Positions 50,326-62,569 of a DNA stretch of 64,000 nt are shown here, piece by piece. How positions within the stretch are numbered: position 1 is the first letter of the stretch; every line of letters begins with the position of its first letter. The notes under the pieces are model-generated. The model had not been told where the DNA came from. It did not search any database and saw only the letters and a list, made by a program, of their open reading frames with translations. The DNA is from Podarcis pityusensis (taxonomy: Eukaryota), in the NCBI GenBank assembly GCA_964106645.2, contig OZ067043.1; one strand, 5' to 3'. Made by a program: the position numbers and the translations under genes.

Positions 50326-52298
50326 CACTCTTTCTGATGCTCCTATATGTTTGATCTCTAGCCATAATGTTTAGGGACTTGCAGCTCTGTCCTAACCTGA
50401 TTACTTTTGTATTGCAGTCTACAAGAATTATCCAAAAATCCTATGTGGATTTCCATTTCAACAGCTAAGTTGGGAGACCACTCCATACTATGCACTGTAA
50501 CCACTTTGAAGAAGGTTGGATAGAAACATAGTAAGAACAATAAACTCTGGAACTCGTCATCAGTCATCCCCGCCCCCTGCACTCTGCCTTGAGCTTAACA
50601 TATTTAAGGAGACATTTGAATGCATTAGTTAAGCAATAGTTATTTTTCTATTTGCTTGAATCCCTCAAACAAGTTTAAGGATTGCAGGTTTTTGTTATAA
50701 AGATATTCTTTTTGGCTCAGCTATTCTAAGTTTAATTATGCCTAAAAATAAACAATGCTTAGTGCTATAATATGAATCTAAGCAGTTGGGTGAGGAAACT
50801 GATCATGTCTTCAGCTAAATACTGTTAAAGAAAATAAGGTTTAAACCAAATGCTCCTGTTATTTTTCCAGGTATCCATTAAGGCAAAGTTTCTAATTAAT
50901 AGATGACAGGGACAATGTTCTTTTGGAAAGAAGGGTCCAGCATAACAACTTGTGAGTAGAGTTCCATTTAGAGCTCTATTTTGACTCTCACCCAGCTTGT
51001 GCAAGAGAATGAGTGCAGTTTAGTTTGGGTAACTGGCTCCTGGCAGCCACTGTTCCTTCCTTCATTCCTGAACTGAGGATTCCAAGAGTCCCTTCTTTGA
51101 GGCCCAGGAGATAACACTGCTGTTTGCCACCTGCTCTTTCCAACTCACTCCGTCTCATCATGCAGTGATTGTCAACAGCACTTCTAGCACATATTAGACC
51201 ACAAGGCAAGGCATTCACTGTTCACATCACTGAACTGTCCAGGTGCTATACTTGAATAGCTTGGGAACCATGTGCTGCTCCAAGGCTATATTTCAGCTAA
51301 CCCAACAATAATTATAGAGGAATATTTGTTCATGAGCAGAAGCTTGAATACCCAGGGTTTATCTGGAGCAAGGGAAACACCTTACTAGAACAAACTTGAT
51401 GGAAGAGGATCCTAGACTAGTTCACAGAGGGACAAGGTAGAAAAGAAATGAGCAAATTTAAGCGTGCAATGTGGCAAAGTGCACTAACAGCTACACAAAG
51501 CCTCAGGGCCTTAAAACACCACAATAATTATGATCTGACAGCAGCATAACTTCTCCATCACAAGGTATTACTGAAGCTGTGTCATTGTGAGATATTAATG
51601 GTGCACGGCTTAGCTATACTTAAGTGCTGGGCTGCCATGTGAGCCATTGTTCCCAGACAAGATCATGTCAGTCCACAGAATATAGGTCCACTTTATCTCA
51701 GCTACCTCAGAAATAGGCAGAACAGGGATCTTAACAGAGTTAGCAGCTATCCTTTTCCTTACCTGGCTAACCACAACTTGGAGAAGATAACAGCCACGGT
51801 TGTGTCTGAGGGCTGTTACACTGGAAGGGGGAATCAAGCCCAACTTTGCTCTTGTAATCACTAAAGTACTTACTGGGTCAGCTTGTGGGGGAACCCATAC
51901 CTACTATACTGTTAAGTGTTTGAAAATTACTCACTGGGGAATCTTCATCTAATACAAAACGGTCTCACACTAGTTTAAAATGCTCCTCTATCTGCTGGTG
52001 CCCAAATACGCACAATATCCACCTTTCTGATATGCAGAGAATTACATTTTTCTAAGAGGGACACAGAGGGACCAATTTCATTTAATATTTGCTATCAGAT
52101 ATCTTTCAGCATAGTATGTACTGTATTTCATTTTCTTCTATTAGCTTTTTCTAAGCCTTCAGAGAAACTTTAGATCAAAATAAAAGCGAACAAACAGTGA
52201 AATATCATTAAAATCAACCTCCTTACATTCGGTATCCTCAAATCTTCAAAAACTCTCCAATGGTTTGACTTAACCCCCAATGGCCCACTCTTGCAAGA

Positions 52299-52427
52299 CA
52301 GACGGATGGCAACAAAATTAACCTCCACTGTACACAGTTCACTGAAAACTCCAACTCCACATGCAGTGCAGAGTGGAGAACTCTACACATCCAGATGCAA
52401 TGTGTAGAGTTCTGTACATCCCATCTG
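52299..52427. repeat. Fold-back element, probably a degenerate MITE
   Basis: Perfect 14-bp stem AGAACTCTACACAT (52377-52390) / ATGTGTAGAGTTCT (52400-52413); outer imperfect ends CAGACGGATG / CATCCCATCTG. Confidence 0.6.
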
Positions 52428-52494
52428 AAAAACACAGAAAAAATTGCAACAAAAATGATCAAGTGCTGGAGCACATTCTCTATTAGTTAAAGCC

Positions 52495-52945
52495 TTTGGA
52501 GCTTTTTAGTTCAGAAAAAGGACAACTAAAGGGAGCCATGATAGGAGCTTTATAAGATTACTAATGACACAGAGAGGATGGATAGAGATTTTTCTCTTTC
52601 TCTCTTAATATTAGGACTCAGGGTTGCCAAATGAAATTGATCAGCAGTAGATTCAGAGCAGACAAAACGAAGTACTATCTCACCTAAAACAAAACTACCT
52701 TAGGCAATTTACTGCCATGGTATGTAGCAATGGCCACTACCATACATGGCTTTTAAAAAGGACTAGACAAATTCAGTGGGAGAACAGGTCTATCAAAAGC
52801 TATTCGTCATGGTAGCTAAGTGGAATCTCAATGTTTAGAGGCATGATACTTGGAAGGCATGCAGTGTGGGAAGACTCATGACTTCTAGGGGACTTCCCAG
52901 AGTCCTCTGGAAGGTCACTATTAATATCATCTAGACTACTGACCA
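52495..52945 (+). mobile_element. Degenerate CR1 ORF2 C-terminus and 3' UTR
   Basis: LFS.EKGQLKG.MI..YKI, FFS.S.NIRTQGCQMKLISSRFRADK.KYY, NLLP..V.MAT..GF.KGLDKF. Confidence 0.85.
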
Positions 52946-52948
52946 GTT

Positions 52949-52951
<3 letters not shown>

Positions 52952-52983
<32 letters not shown>
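52952..52983. repeat. (AC)n microsatellite
   Basis: Directly visible. Confidence 0.97.
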
Positions 52984-52987
<4 letters not shown>

Positions 52988-53559
52988 ATAAAAATAAAAC
53001 TGCCTCAGTACAATTATTAAATATGGCTAAAGTGACCCTTGTCCATTTATCACCCTCCAAGTGGCTCCCCTGAAGGCGAACCTCCATTTCGTGTCATCCC
53101 TTTGATGACTAGCCGCCAGTGGTGACCCCTTACAAATAAGCCCAGCAGTGAGTCAGAAACACAGAAGTCAGTCCTTATTGGGTGGGGCAGATCCTCACTA
53201 AGATGCCAGCTTTGATAGGCTCTTGGTCTGATCTAGCAGATCATTTCTAATTATCTTATTCCCATTTTAAGGGCATGCAAAGCTGACTGCTTTGGCACTC
53301 AAGTATTCTACTCACAGAAGTTTTTGGAAAAAGCATCCTTTATGAGGCAGTCACTGCAAGGGAAGCAAGGAGTGAACACCCCATGGAAAGCATTTACAGT
53401 CCCAATAGCCACACAGATACAGAGCTAGGAGACTCCTGCTGTACCACCTACAGCTCTCCTGACTAGCAAACTCTCTCTTTCAAAGCCAGTGTATTTAAGG
53501 CCCCTCCCCACCAATCAGTGCCACTGCTGAGATGTCCCTGGAGTTCCATCACAGGGTTT

Positions 53560-53800
53560 TGGGTAGTTAATTTATTGCCACGTATGTAGCCATTTATGCT
53601 GCTTTGTTACTCCTGCCTTAGCAAAACACAGGGGCTCCACAGGTAATTAATAGACAACACTGCTAATCCTATTGGGAGATGATTAGCAATTAAAACTCCT
53701 AATTAAGTCTATGCATAATTCACTGAAATTACATCCCTGTGTACACAATAGAGAGGTTTCCTTCGCCTTTGACAAATACGCACTGATATCTTTATTACTC
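53560..53800. promoter_or_regulatory. Putative conserved non-coding element
   Basis: Very dense homeodomain sites: GTAATTAAT, CTAATCC, GATTAG, CAATTAA, CTAATTAA, ATGCATAAT. Confidence 0.45.
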
Positions 53801-55579
53801 ATTCAAATCACTGTGGCCCAGGATCTGGTCTATTACCCACAAGGGAGACTGAACTTCTGGTTTTCTTCCTCTTCTGTTGAGCTGTACTTCATCCCTCCAT
53901 CCCCTGCCATGCAGCAAGAAACTTCTCTTTTTTTATTATTTGGATGGGGGGAGCTGTTCCACCATAATACCAGGAGGGAAAAGCAGCTCAGCTCTTTTTA
54001 AATAGGCACAGTGGTGCCCCCTCCTGGCTTTAACTTATATTTGGAAGGTGCCAGAAAGGAAAGTCGTGCAAGCAAGTTAGTGGAAGGTACATTGGAAAAT
54101 GTAATCTTCAACAAAGGGGCAGAAAGCTTAGCCAAGAAGGCGAAATGGTAGAACTCTCTCAGCCTCATCCAAGAAGCAGCCAGCAAAATTAGGCTCCACT
54201 TACTAAGTACTGTGCAAAAGTTACCAAGAATTTGAGACTCAGAAGCACTTCACACATTACACTTTGCTTATATAGTTCTGCATACTTCTGTGCATGGAAT
54301 ATCACACACAAAACGTATACACTATAAAGAATACAAGTGTCTATTTCACTGCGTGTTTCCTTCATGCATGTTCTTCACAAATGATCATATAGATGTTTTA
54401 TAATAATACTTCTTCCTACAAATAAAGGCAAATTGCCTCACTCTCTGTATGGCATGGGTGCATCCATACTTTGCTGGACTAATTGCATCATATGAAAAAA
54501 GACGTGGTATCAATATGATGCACAGGAAATTGTGCTAATCTGAAATGGAAGCCTCGATCTCTACATTGCATAGAATAATGCAGTAATGAAGAGGTAAAAT
54601 AGACTATCCCACTTTAAGCTGTAGATAGGGGAGCATTCAAAAATGTGATCTGTGTAAAAGCACCACCTCCCTGCAAGGGGAAAAGTAGCAAATCAGGAAA
54701 AGTAGTTTTCCCTGATGTGTTAGTTCCTTTAGTTAAATGAAGAGGTGGTTTTGTTCGCGTGGAAGAGCATTCAAAACTTGAATCTCCTAATTGTGGCTTG
54801 ACATACTGCAAGTACCCTCTGCCACCTCAGGATTCTAACACCTTGTTTGGTTGCGTCCTACACACGTGTGTGCATATTCACACTTATGTGGCCTAAGAAA
54901 CAAGTGCATTAAATGACCCTGAACCTTAATGAACAGAAATTGTCACCTAAACAAAATCCAGGCTGACACCAAAGGGTGTCAAAGCCTGTTGATAGCAGCT
55001 CACTGAGGCTCCAGGTCAAGATTTCCCCCCAGGTCCCATAACAGGAATTGCTGGGCGTTGGGCCTGGATCCTCATATAGATAAAGCATGTACAATACAGC
55101 CCCACTTCACATTCTCTAGGTCTATCAGCTTATATGGAAGAGCCAGGCTTCTAAGGCTTACATCTGAGCCCCGAAGTCAGGATCAGGACCACAACTGGGC
55201 TTTTCTTTGCATCACATTCTGCTTTGCTCATCAAGGTCGTTGAGAACGGCAGGAATACCTGAGCAAACTTGTTAAAGAGGCAGCATGGAAGGTGGCCTGA
55301 GCACTGAAGGTCAAGTGTGCCCTTATGCATATTCACAGCTGCCTGCAGGATCGATTGGGTTTTAATTGTTTTTCCTGGGGTTTTGGAAGGAAGTGCCAGG
55401 GGCATTGATCAGCCCTTGACGAAGCCACTCACACTTGGGGCCTCACATAGGCTGTCACTTTGGTACAGGCAGACGGAAACGAAGGAGCTAAGAATGAGAG
55501 ACAGAAAGCAAAACATGCCACTTGAGAAGGGGATGCTGCCCCAGTCTGCGCCGAGTAGAAAACAGGGAGGGGAGGCAGG

Positions 55580-55780
55580 AGCTGCGCGCGGAGATGTGTG
55601 ACCAGTGAATTGTATTTGAAAATAAAGTTTTTAATTAAAATGGGCAATTCTGAGCCGCCTGCTGGCAGCGGCCAAGCAATCAGGAGACAGGAGCATGGCT
55701 GTTTAATATTTAAACACAACGTTTAATCTTTAAACAGGAAAGTTCTTCTTCTGACTGTTAAAGCCTCTATTAAAGCAGGA
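55580..55780. promoter_or_regulatory. Putative conserved non-coding element with CTCF-like site
   Basis: TTAATTAA, TAAACA x2; minus-strand CCAGCAGGCGGCTC within 55652-55670. Confidence 0.45.
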
Positions 55781-56348
55781 TGGAAAGGGCTTCACAGCGG
55801 CTGCCACTGGGGCTTCCCAGACCATCTAAGGGGCAAGACAGATGAAAGGGGGAGATGTAAAAAGAAAGTGCTCTCTCCGGGTACACATCCCGTAACAGGA
55901 AATCCCATGTACTGTGAGTGGAGGAGAGACAGAGTCAAATAACCCAACTAACTATTCATCATCCAGGCTTCAGAAAAGGACTGGGGCAGGGAGGCACAGA
56001 CAGGAACAGGCACACCCCAGTACCTGTAGTTTGCTTAGTTTCACCCACAGCCATTAATAATGAAAGGAATTTCAGCTTTAGAGAAATAGATCTCACAATT
56101 TTACTGCAAATTTCAAAATATACTAGATTTCTATATATTTCCTGGAGCCCTATTTAAATTAATGCTACCAGCCCACAGTGATATCAGGAAAGGCTTAAAA
56201 ACATAAAAGGGAAAATAGTCTGATCTGCCCTCCACTTGCACATGGGAGTGGAGAAGTGCAAGCACAACACGGGTCTCCCTTGATTCTATTTTTATTGTCA
56301 TGTAAACACCTCCATTAATATTAGATTTTAACAGGACCTCTTTATTTT

Positions 56349-59276
56349 ATGAACTCATTTATTCATTGTACAATCCTATTAGGATGTAGCAGAGCCTCCA
56401 GGTTAACTAAGGGGATATTTTCCTGGGTACAATACTCTCATGACCTGAAAGTGTTGCTGTGCAATGCCAGGTCATTGATGAATAAAACCTCTGCCATCCA
56501 CGACCTGATTGTGGATGGAGGATTTGACCTGGCATGTGTGACAGAGACCTGGTTGGATGAAGCAGATGGGCCCGTCCTTGCCGCTGCTTGTCCACCAGGT
56601 TTCTCTTACGCACAGCAACCCAGGCCTTGTGGGCGGGGAGGGGGGGTTGCAGTGATTTTTAGGAAGTCATTAGTTTGCACCAGGCGTCCTATTGGAAAGA
56701 CCCAGTTCTCTGAGTGCATGTTCTGGAAGTTGGGCAATAGGGGCAGTACAGGATTCCTATTGGTGTACCGACCTCCCCGCTGCACCAAGGATTCCCTGCC
56801 CGAGCTGCTTCAGGTCGTGGCGGATGTCCTCCTGGAGACACCTAGTTTGGTTGTCCTAGGGGACTTTAACATCCATGCCGACACGACCTTACAAGGGGCC
56901 GCTCGGGACTTCGTGGAAAGCATGGCCTCCATGGGGCTGTCCCTGAATAAGTCTGGCCCAACTCATAGCCACGGGCATGCCTTAGACCTGGTGTTCACCT
57001 CTATGGATGTTGGTGATCTGACATTAAGTAAAAGCGAAACCAAAGAAGTGCCATGGTCAGATCACTTCCTGGTGCAACTGGACTTCTCCGTGACCCTTCC
57101 CCTCTGCAGGGAGGCGGGACCGATTCAGATGGTCCGCCCCCGCCACTTAATGGATCCAAATGGTTTCCAGAGAGTGGTAGGGGATGTTTTATCCCATGTT
57201 GATGGCCTTTCAGCTGATTCCCTGGTGGCCCGCTGGAATGTGGAGTTAACCAGGGCTATTGACTGTTTGGCTCCAAAGCGCCCTCTCCGATTGCATGGAG
57301 TCCGGACAGCCCCGTGGTTTTCCACGGATCTGAGGGCAATGAAACAATCGCTGAGACGGCTAGAGCGCCGGTGGCGGATAACCCATTCCGAATCTGACCG
57401 GACACGGGTTAGAGCTCAATGTCGAGCCTACCAAGTGGCGATAGCGACGGCGAAGAAGACTTTCTTCACCGCCTCTATTGCATCTGCGGAAAACAGCAGC
57501 AGGAGACTCTTTCAGGTGGTTCGCAATTTAGCGGAACCACCTGCTCCATCAGGGCCCAGTAGCGGCCACATGATCTCCTGCAATGACTTTGCAAAGTTTT
57601 TTGCAGATAAAGTCGCTCAGATTCGAGAAGAGGTAGACTCCACCGTGGGAGCAGGGCCGGGGCGGGAGAGTGCTAGAGTCCTGTCTAGTCAAGTTGTGTG
57701 GGATCAATTCCAATCTGTTACCCCCGAGGATGTGGACAGGCTGCTTGGACGAGTGAAACCAACCACTTGCCTCCTTGATCCTTGCCCATCCTGGCTTATA
57801 AAAGCTAGCCGGGAAGGACTGGGCGATGGGCTTCGTGGGGTGGTGAATGCTTCCCTCCGTGAGGGAGCCTTCCCAGACCCGCTGAAAGAGGCGGTTATTA
57901 AACCGCTTCTTAAAAAACCATCTTTAGATGCGGCCACGATAGCCAACTATCGCCCAGTCTCAAATCTTCCATTCTTGGGCAAGGTGATTGAGCGAGTGGT
58001 TGCTGAACAACTCCAGGCACGCCTGGAAGAAGCGGACCATTTGGATCCCTTCCAGTCGGGATTCAGGCCTCATCATGGGACTGAAACTGCCTTGGTCGCA
58101 CTGGTTGATGATCTCCGGCGGGCTAGGGACAAAGGTGAGAGCTGTTTCCTAGTTCTGCTGGATCTCTCAGCGGCGTTTGATACCATCGACCATAACATCC
58201 TTCTGGACCGTCTTGAGGGGTTGGGAGCTGGGGGCACTGTTATACAGTGGTTCCACTCCTTCCTCCTGGGCCGTGTTCAGAAAGTGGTGGTGGGGGATGA
58301 GTGTTCAGACCCCTGGGCCCTCACTTGTGGGGTGCCTCAGGGTTCTGTCCTCTCCCCCATGCTTTTCAACATCTACATGAAGCCGCTGGGAGAGATCATC
58401 AGGGGATTTGGGCTGGGTGTTCATCAGTATGCAGATGATACCCAGCTCTACCTCTCTTTCAAATCAGAACCAGTGAAGGCAGTGAAGGCCCTGTGTGAGT
58501 GCCTGGAGGCGGTTGGAGGTTGGATGGCGGCTAACAGATTGAGGTTGAATCCTGACAAGACAGAAGTACTGTTTTTGGGGGACAGGAGGCGGGCAGGTGT
58601 GGAGGATTCCCTGGTCCTGAATGGGGTAACTGTGCCCCTGAAGGACCAGGTGCGCAGCCTGGGAGTCATTTTGGACTCACAGCTGTCCATGGAGGCACAG
58701 GTCAAATCTGTGTCCAGGGCAGCTGTTTACCAGCTCCATCTGGTACGCAGGCTGAGACCCTATCTGCCTGCGGACTGCCTCGCCAGAGTGGTGCATGCTC
58801 TGGTTATCTCCCGCTTGGATTACTGCAATGTGCTCTACGTGGGGCTACCTTTGAAGGTGACCCGGAAACTACAACTAATCCAGAACGCGGCAGCTAGACT
58901 GGTGACTGGGAGCGGCCGCAGAGACCACATAACACCGGTCTTGAAAGACCTACATTGGCTCCCAGTACGTTTCCGAGCACAATTCAAAGTGTTGGTGCTG
59001 ACCTTTAAAGCCCTAAACGGCCTTGGTCCAGTATATCTGAAGGAGCGTCTCCTCCCCCATCGTTCTACCCGGACACTGAGGTCCAGCACTGAGGGCCTTC
59101 TGGCGGTTCCCTCACTGCGAGAAGCCAAGTTACAGGGAACCAGGCAGAGGGCCTTCTCGGTAGTGGCGCCTTCCCTGTGGAACACCCTCCCACCAGATGT
59201 CAAAGAGAACAACAACTACCAGGCTTTTAGAAGACATCTGAAGGCAGCCCTGTTTCGGGAAGCTTTTAATGTTTGA
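56349..59276 (+). CDS. L2-clade LINE ORF2: AP-endonuclease + reverse transcriptase (975 aa; true start uncertain)
   Basis: EN motifs NARSL, VTETWL, GGGVAVI, VYRPP, GDFNIH, LDLVF, SDH; RT motifs YRPVSNL, QSGFR, LDLSAAFDTIDH, GVPQGSVLSP, YADD; L2-typical LHWLPV and RAFSVVAPSLWN. Confidence 0.95.
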   Translation: MNSFIHCTILLGCSRASRLTKGIFSWVQYSHDLKVLLCNARSLMNKTSAIHDLIVDGGFDLACVTETWLDEADGPVLAAACPPGFSYAQQPRPCGRGGGVAVIFRKSLVCTRRPIGKTQFSECMFWKLGNRGSTGFLLVYRPPRCTKDSLPELLQVVADVLLETPSLVVLGDFNIHADTTLQGAARDFVESMASMGLSLNKSGPTHSHGHALDLVFTSMDVGDLTLSKSETKEVPWSDHFLVQLDFSVTLPLCREAGPIQMVRPRHLMDPNGFQRVVGDVLSHVDGLSADSLVARWNVELTRAIDCLAPKRPLRLHGVRTAPWFSTDLRAMKQSLRRLERRWRITHSESDRTRVRAQCRAYQVAIATAKKTFFTASIASAENSSRRLFQVVRNLAEPPAPSGPSSGHMISCNDFAKFFADKVAQIREEVDSTVGAGPGRESARVLSSQVVWDQFQSVTPEDVDRLLGRVKPTTCLLDPCPSWLIKASREGLGDGLRGVVNASLREGAFPDPLKEAVIKPLLKKPSLDAATIANYRPVSNLPFLGKVIERVVAEQLQARLEEADHLDPFQSGFRPHHGTETALVALVDDLRRARDKGESCFLVLLDLSAAFDTIDHNILLDRLEGLGAGGTVIQWFHSFLLGRVQKVVVGDECSDPWALTCGVPQGSVLSPMLFNIYMKPLGEIIRGFGLGVHQYADDTQLYLSFKSEPVKAVKALCECLEAVGGWMAANRLRLNPDKTEVLFLGDRRRAGVEDSLVLNGVTVPLKDQVRSLGVILDSQLSMEAQVKSVSRAAVYQLHLVRRLRPYLPADCLARVVHALVISRLDYCNVLYVGLPLKVTRKLQLIQNAAARLVTGSGRRDHITPVLKDLHWLPVRFRAQFKVLVLTFKALNGLGPVYLKERLLPHRSTRTLRSSTEGLLAVPSLREAKLQGTRQRAFSVVAPSLWNTLPPDVKENNNYQAFRRHLKAALFREAFNV

Positions 59277-59383
59277 TGTATTATAGTATTTTAATATTCT
59301 TTTGGAAGCCGCCCAGAGTGGCCGGGGAAGCCCAGCCAGATGGGCGGGGTATAAATAATAAATTATTATTATTATTATTATTA
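56381..59383 (+). mobile_element. Young L2-clade LINE, 5'-truncated just upstream of ORF2 (5' boundary approximate)
   Basis: Sharp rise in GC/CpG, uninterrupted ORF2, 3' UTR stem-loop and (TTA)n tail; no clear TSD. Confidence 0.93.
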
Positions 59384-60891
59384 TCTCTCCAAAGGACACT
59401 TGTGACTATTGTACATTTGCATGCCACAGTTCTTTTATTCCTTCTTCCAAAGTGTGAGATTGTGCCCCCTGTCCAGAGATGGAGATGTTAGTTAATATGT
59501 TTGTGCACATGCCATCAGGAAAGTTCCTCTGCACAAATGGTAGGCATTGTCCAATATTTTCTCAACAGCTCTGGGAGGCAGCATAACCCCACCAAATGCA
59601 AACCAAGCCTTGCTATTAGTGAAAGCCCCATCATAGGGGCAGACACAGAGGAAAATTGAGGCACAGGAAGGATTCGGCACTCTACAAAATGAGTATCTGG
59701 GTTTGGCACCCAGCCCTTCATAAGACAGCCCAGCTGCAAATACATTTCAAACTGAATCTTATGTCCAGTGTGCCTTTTGACTTGCCTAAGGAACAGGCAT
59801 TTCATTTTCAATAGAAAACCTTTATTCACACCCACAACAGTGAGTGCATGTTATCTGCATTCTCCCCAAATCTTGTATGATGTTGACAAGACTATTTACA
59901 AAAGACATATCTGCACATTTCAGGTATGCTTGCAATTTTCTTTACAAGTGACCTGTTAAGGATATAGTCTACTGCTCAAGCTATTTACAATATTTGAACA
60001 ATTTGGACCCAATCCAGCAGGGCTGTTATCTGGGAGTGAGAGCTCAAATCTAACTTTCTGTGGTAAACTGGTAAAAAATGGGTGCAAGACAGACTAGGTG
60101 TCTTGACTCATGGAAATCATAGCCTTTTCACCACTCTTCCAAAAACAGCTTAGCATGTGATGTGGTAATTCTAATCCATGTGACAGCAAGAAAAAAAAAC
60201 CAGGAGCCAGACTGATTTATCCAAAATAAAAGAGCTCAAGATGCAAACAACATCAAATTCTCATCACCATTTAGTTGTCTAGCCCTCCCCACAACTTTGC
60301 ATCCTAGTACTACAGCTCCCTATCATCTCCATCACATTTCTAATCTGGACAGGGGGTCGATCCACATTTTCTCTCCCTTTGCCTTCTATAATGAAGTGCA
60401 TTGTTGAATTTATTCAACACTCAGTTCAATGAAAGGTACCCAAAAGCAGCATGTCCTCTGTCCTATTGCAAAGGAGGGCAAGCACTCTCCCAACCACCAT
60501 CACACACGATACTCAGAGCACAGCATGACACAATCAAAGAGTTGGCTAATTAAAAGTGCACGTAAAGCAAGCAGCTGCAGGAAATTAAGATCCCATATAT
60601 GAAACAGATAGGCAACTTCCACTCTCTTGGGAAATTGCTAGCCAATAAGTTTTGGAAGAAAATTCCTTCAAATCAGTCATAAACAAAATGTATCTATGCA
60701 GTCTTCTTCTCAAGAAGCTTAGAACTTCCAGTTGAGAAGAGGCCACATGGCAAACAACAGGACCTGCAAAGAGAAGCAAACTGGTTCCAAGGTCAGGTGC
60801 AGTAGCGGACTGCATGGTGGGACAATGGCACTCACCTGACCACCCAACAGCTGGGTTGCTGCTGCTTACTAGGAAGGAGAGAGGAGAGGCA

Positions 60892-61040
60892 AGGTAGTTA
60901 GAAGGTTAGGTCCAGTCGCGGACGACTCTGGGATTGCGGCGCTCATCTCACTCTATAGGCCAAGGAAGCCGGCGTTTGTCCGCAGGCAGCTTCCGGGTCA
61001 TGTGGCCAGCATGACTAAGCCACATGGTGCAAACACCAGC
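60892..61040 (-). mobile_element. Sauria SINE 3' half
   Basis: GGTTAGGTCCAGTCGCGGACGACTCTGGGATTGCGGCGCTCATCTC..CAGCTTCCGGGTCATGTGGCCAGCATGACTAAGCC. Confidence 0.9.
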
Positions 61041-62569
61041 AGGAGTGCTGTGTTGGCTCCTTGGTGCATTTGCATCACAACAACCTCCACTCTATCCTCC
61101 CAATAAACTGCAGCAACTCAGCTATTGGGAGGTTAGGTAAGCACCATGACCCTATCATGCCATCTGCTACTGTTTTGGTGGTAATTTTTTCTTGGGAAAT
61201 GCAGACAGATACAAGGGTCTTTGAACACAGTCTCCAAGACCTTGCTCTGAACTAGAAACTGCATGCAAATGTGATAATTGAGAAGAACAGCTGAACATTG
61301 TACAATGGGGAAAAACATGGAAGAAGTTCACTTTGCTGTGGTCTTAAATCTGAAAATGTATGGCTAGCACTGTGTTAGGGATATATTAGGTCACACCTCA
61401 ATGGATGAGGATGGGCCAGGCTGGCCATCAGGCACTTGTTCAAACTTAGTGTTATGAAGTGGGAGCTTCATTACAAAGACAAAGGATATGACATGAGCAT
61501 TTAGATCATGCAAATGATTGTGGAAAGGTCTGTAGATTTTCCTTACAACTAATCATCTTTGCTTAATGGCTCAAAAACAACCATTTAAGTAGTATCATCA
61601 ACACAATGGCACAGGTCTTTTATTTTGACACGTGTATGTATATTTATTTATAAGATTTCTTACATGCCTTTCAACGTAAGGTCTTAGGAAAGGATACAAC
61701 AACATAATACAGTAAACATTTATAAAAACAGATCGAACTATTACAAATATGAAACAAGTAAAACATTCTGAATGGAAGAGAACAGCGTACATAAGAAATC
61801 AAGCAGCTAGAACACTTCAAAGATATGTGTACATTTTCACTTAAATGGTAATTACTTCATTTAATGCCCCTTATTCTAAATTTCTCACATCTTTCAAAGA
61901 GACTGATCCCAGGTTAGGACCCTTAAGGTTCTGCTCTTGTGAGAAACATTCCCTACTGCACAAACTGAAAAATCTGGTTGCAAACAAAGAAATGTCTTAA
62001 AAAGAATCAGCAGCTCAGAGGTTTGGTGTATGGGGCTCATCAATCCATTCTCCAATAAATAATGTAGCTAAGAAGGCACTAAGTACATCCAAGTAACAAT
62101 TCCAATCATCAAGACTCCCATGTTCAGGTAACTCTGGGGCTGTATAATATAAGCCTTGCAACAAAGCCAGCTGAAAAGAAAATTCTACAATGCCCTCTCT
62201 GCCCACTCTCTAGGATGCTAGCAAACTTTGTACATAAACAAGATTTCTCACACAGCCTACCCATCTCAGTCAGAAAGAAAGGCATGTACAGTCTTCCATG
62301 CCCAGCTCTACATACACCAAGTATGTTCCTTTTTAAGCACTTTAAACAGAGGTGCTGCTACATTCACAACTATTCGAGTATTTTTAAATCACTTACAAAA
62401 GCAGGATTAAACTATCAGAAATTCCATTTAATAGGACAAATAAAGAAATAACAATAAACTCCATCAGACCCAGGAAGGCAGGTTTGATTTTAAAAAAAGG
62501 ATCAGAAAAAAGGAAGAGAGGGATAAAAAAAAAAAGGATAATGTGTGTTTACTCAAGCAAAGAAAAAAA

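Noticed and set aside
51763-51820. 58-nt minus-strand candidate exon (TTCCCCCTTCCAG / CAG-GTAAGG)
   Set aside because: Splice signals are good, but two frames have stops and the third (VTALRHNRGCYLLQVVVSQ) is unrecognised; such pseudo-exons are common. A UTR or lncRNA exon cannot be excluded without RNA-seq.
56407-59399. Antisense and alternate-frame ORFs inside the L2
   Set aside because: Shadow ORFs of a GC-rich coding strand.
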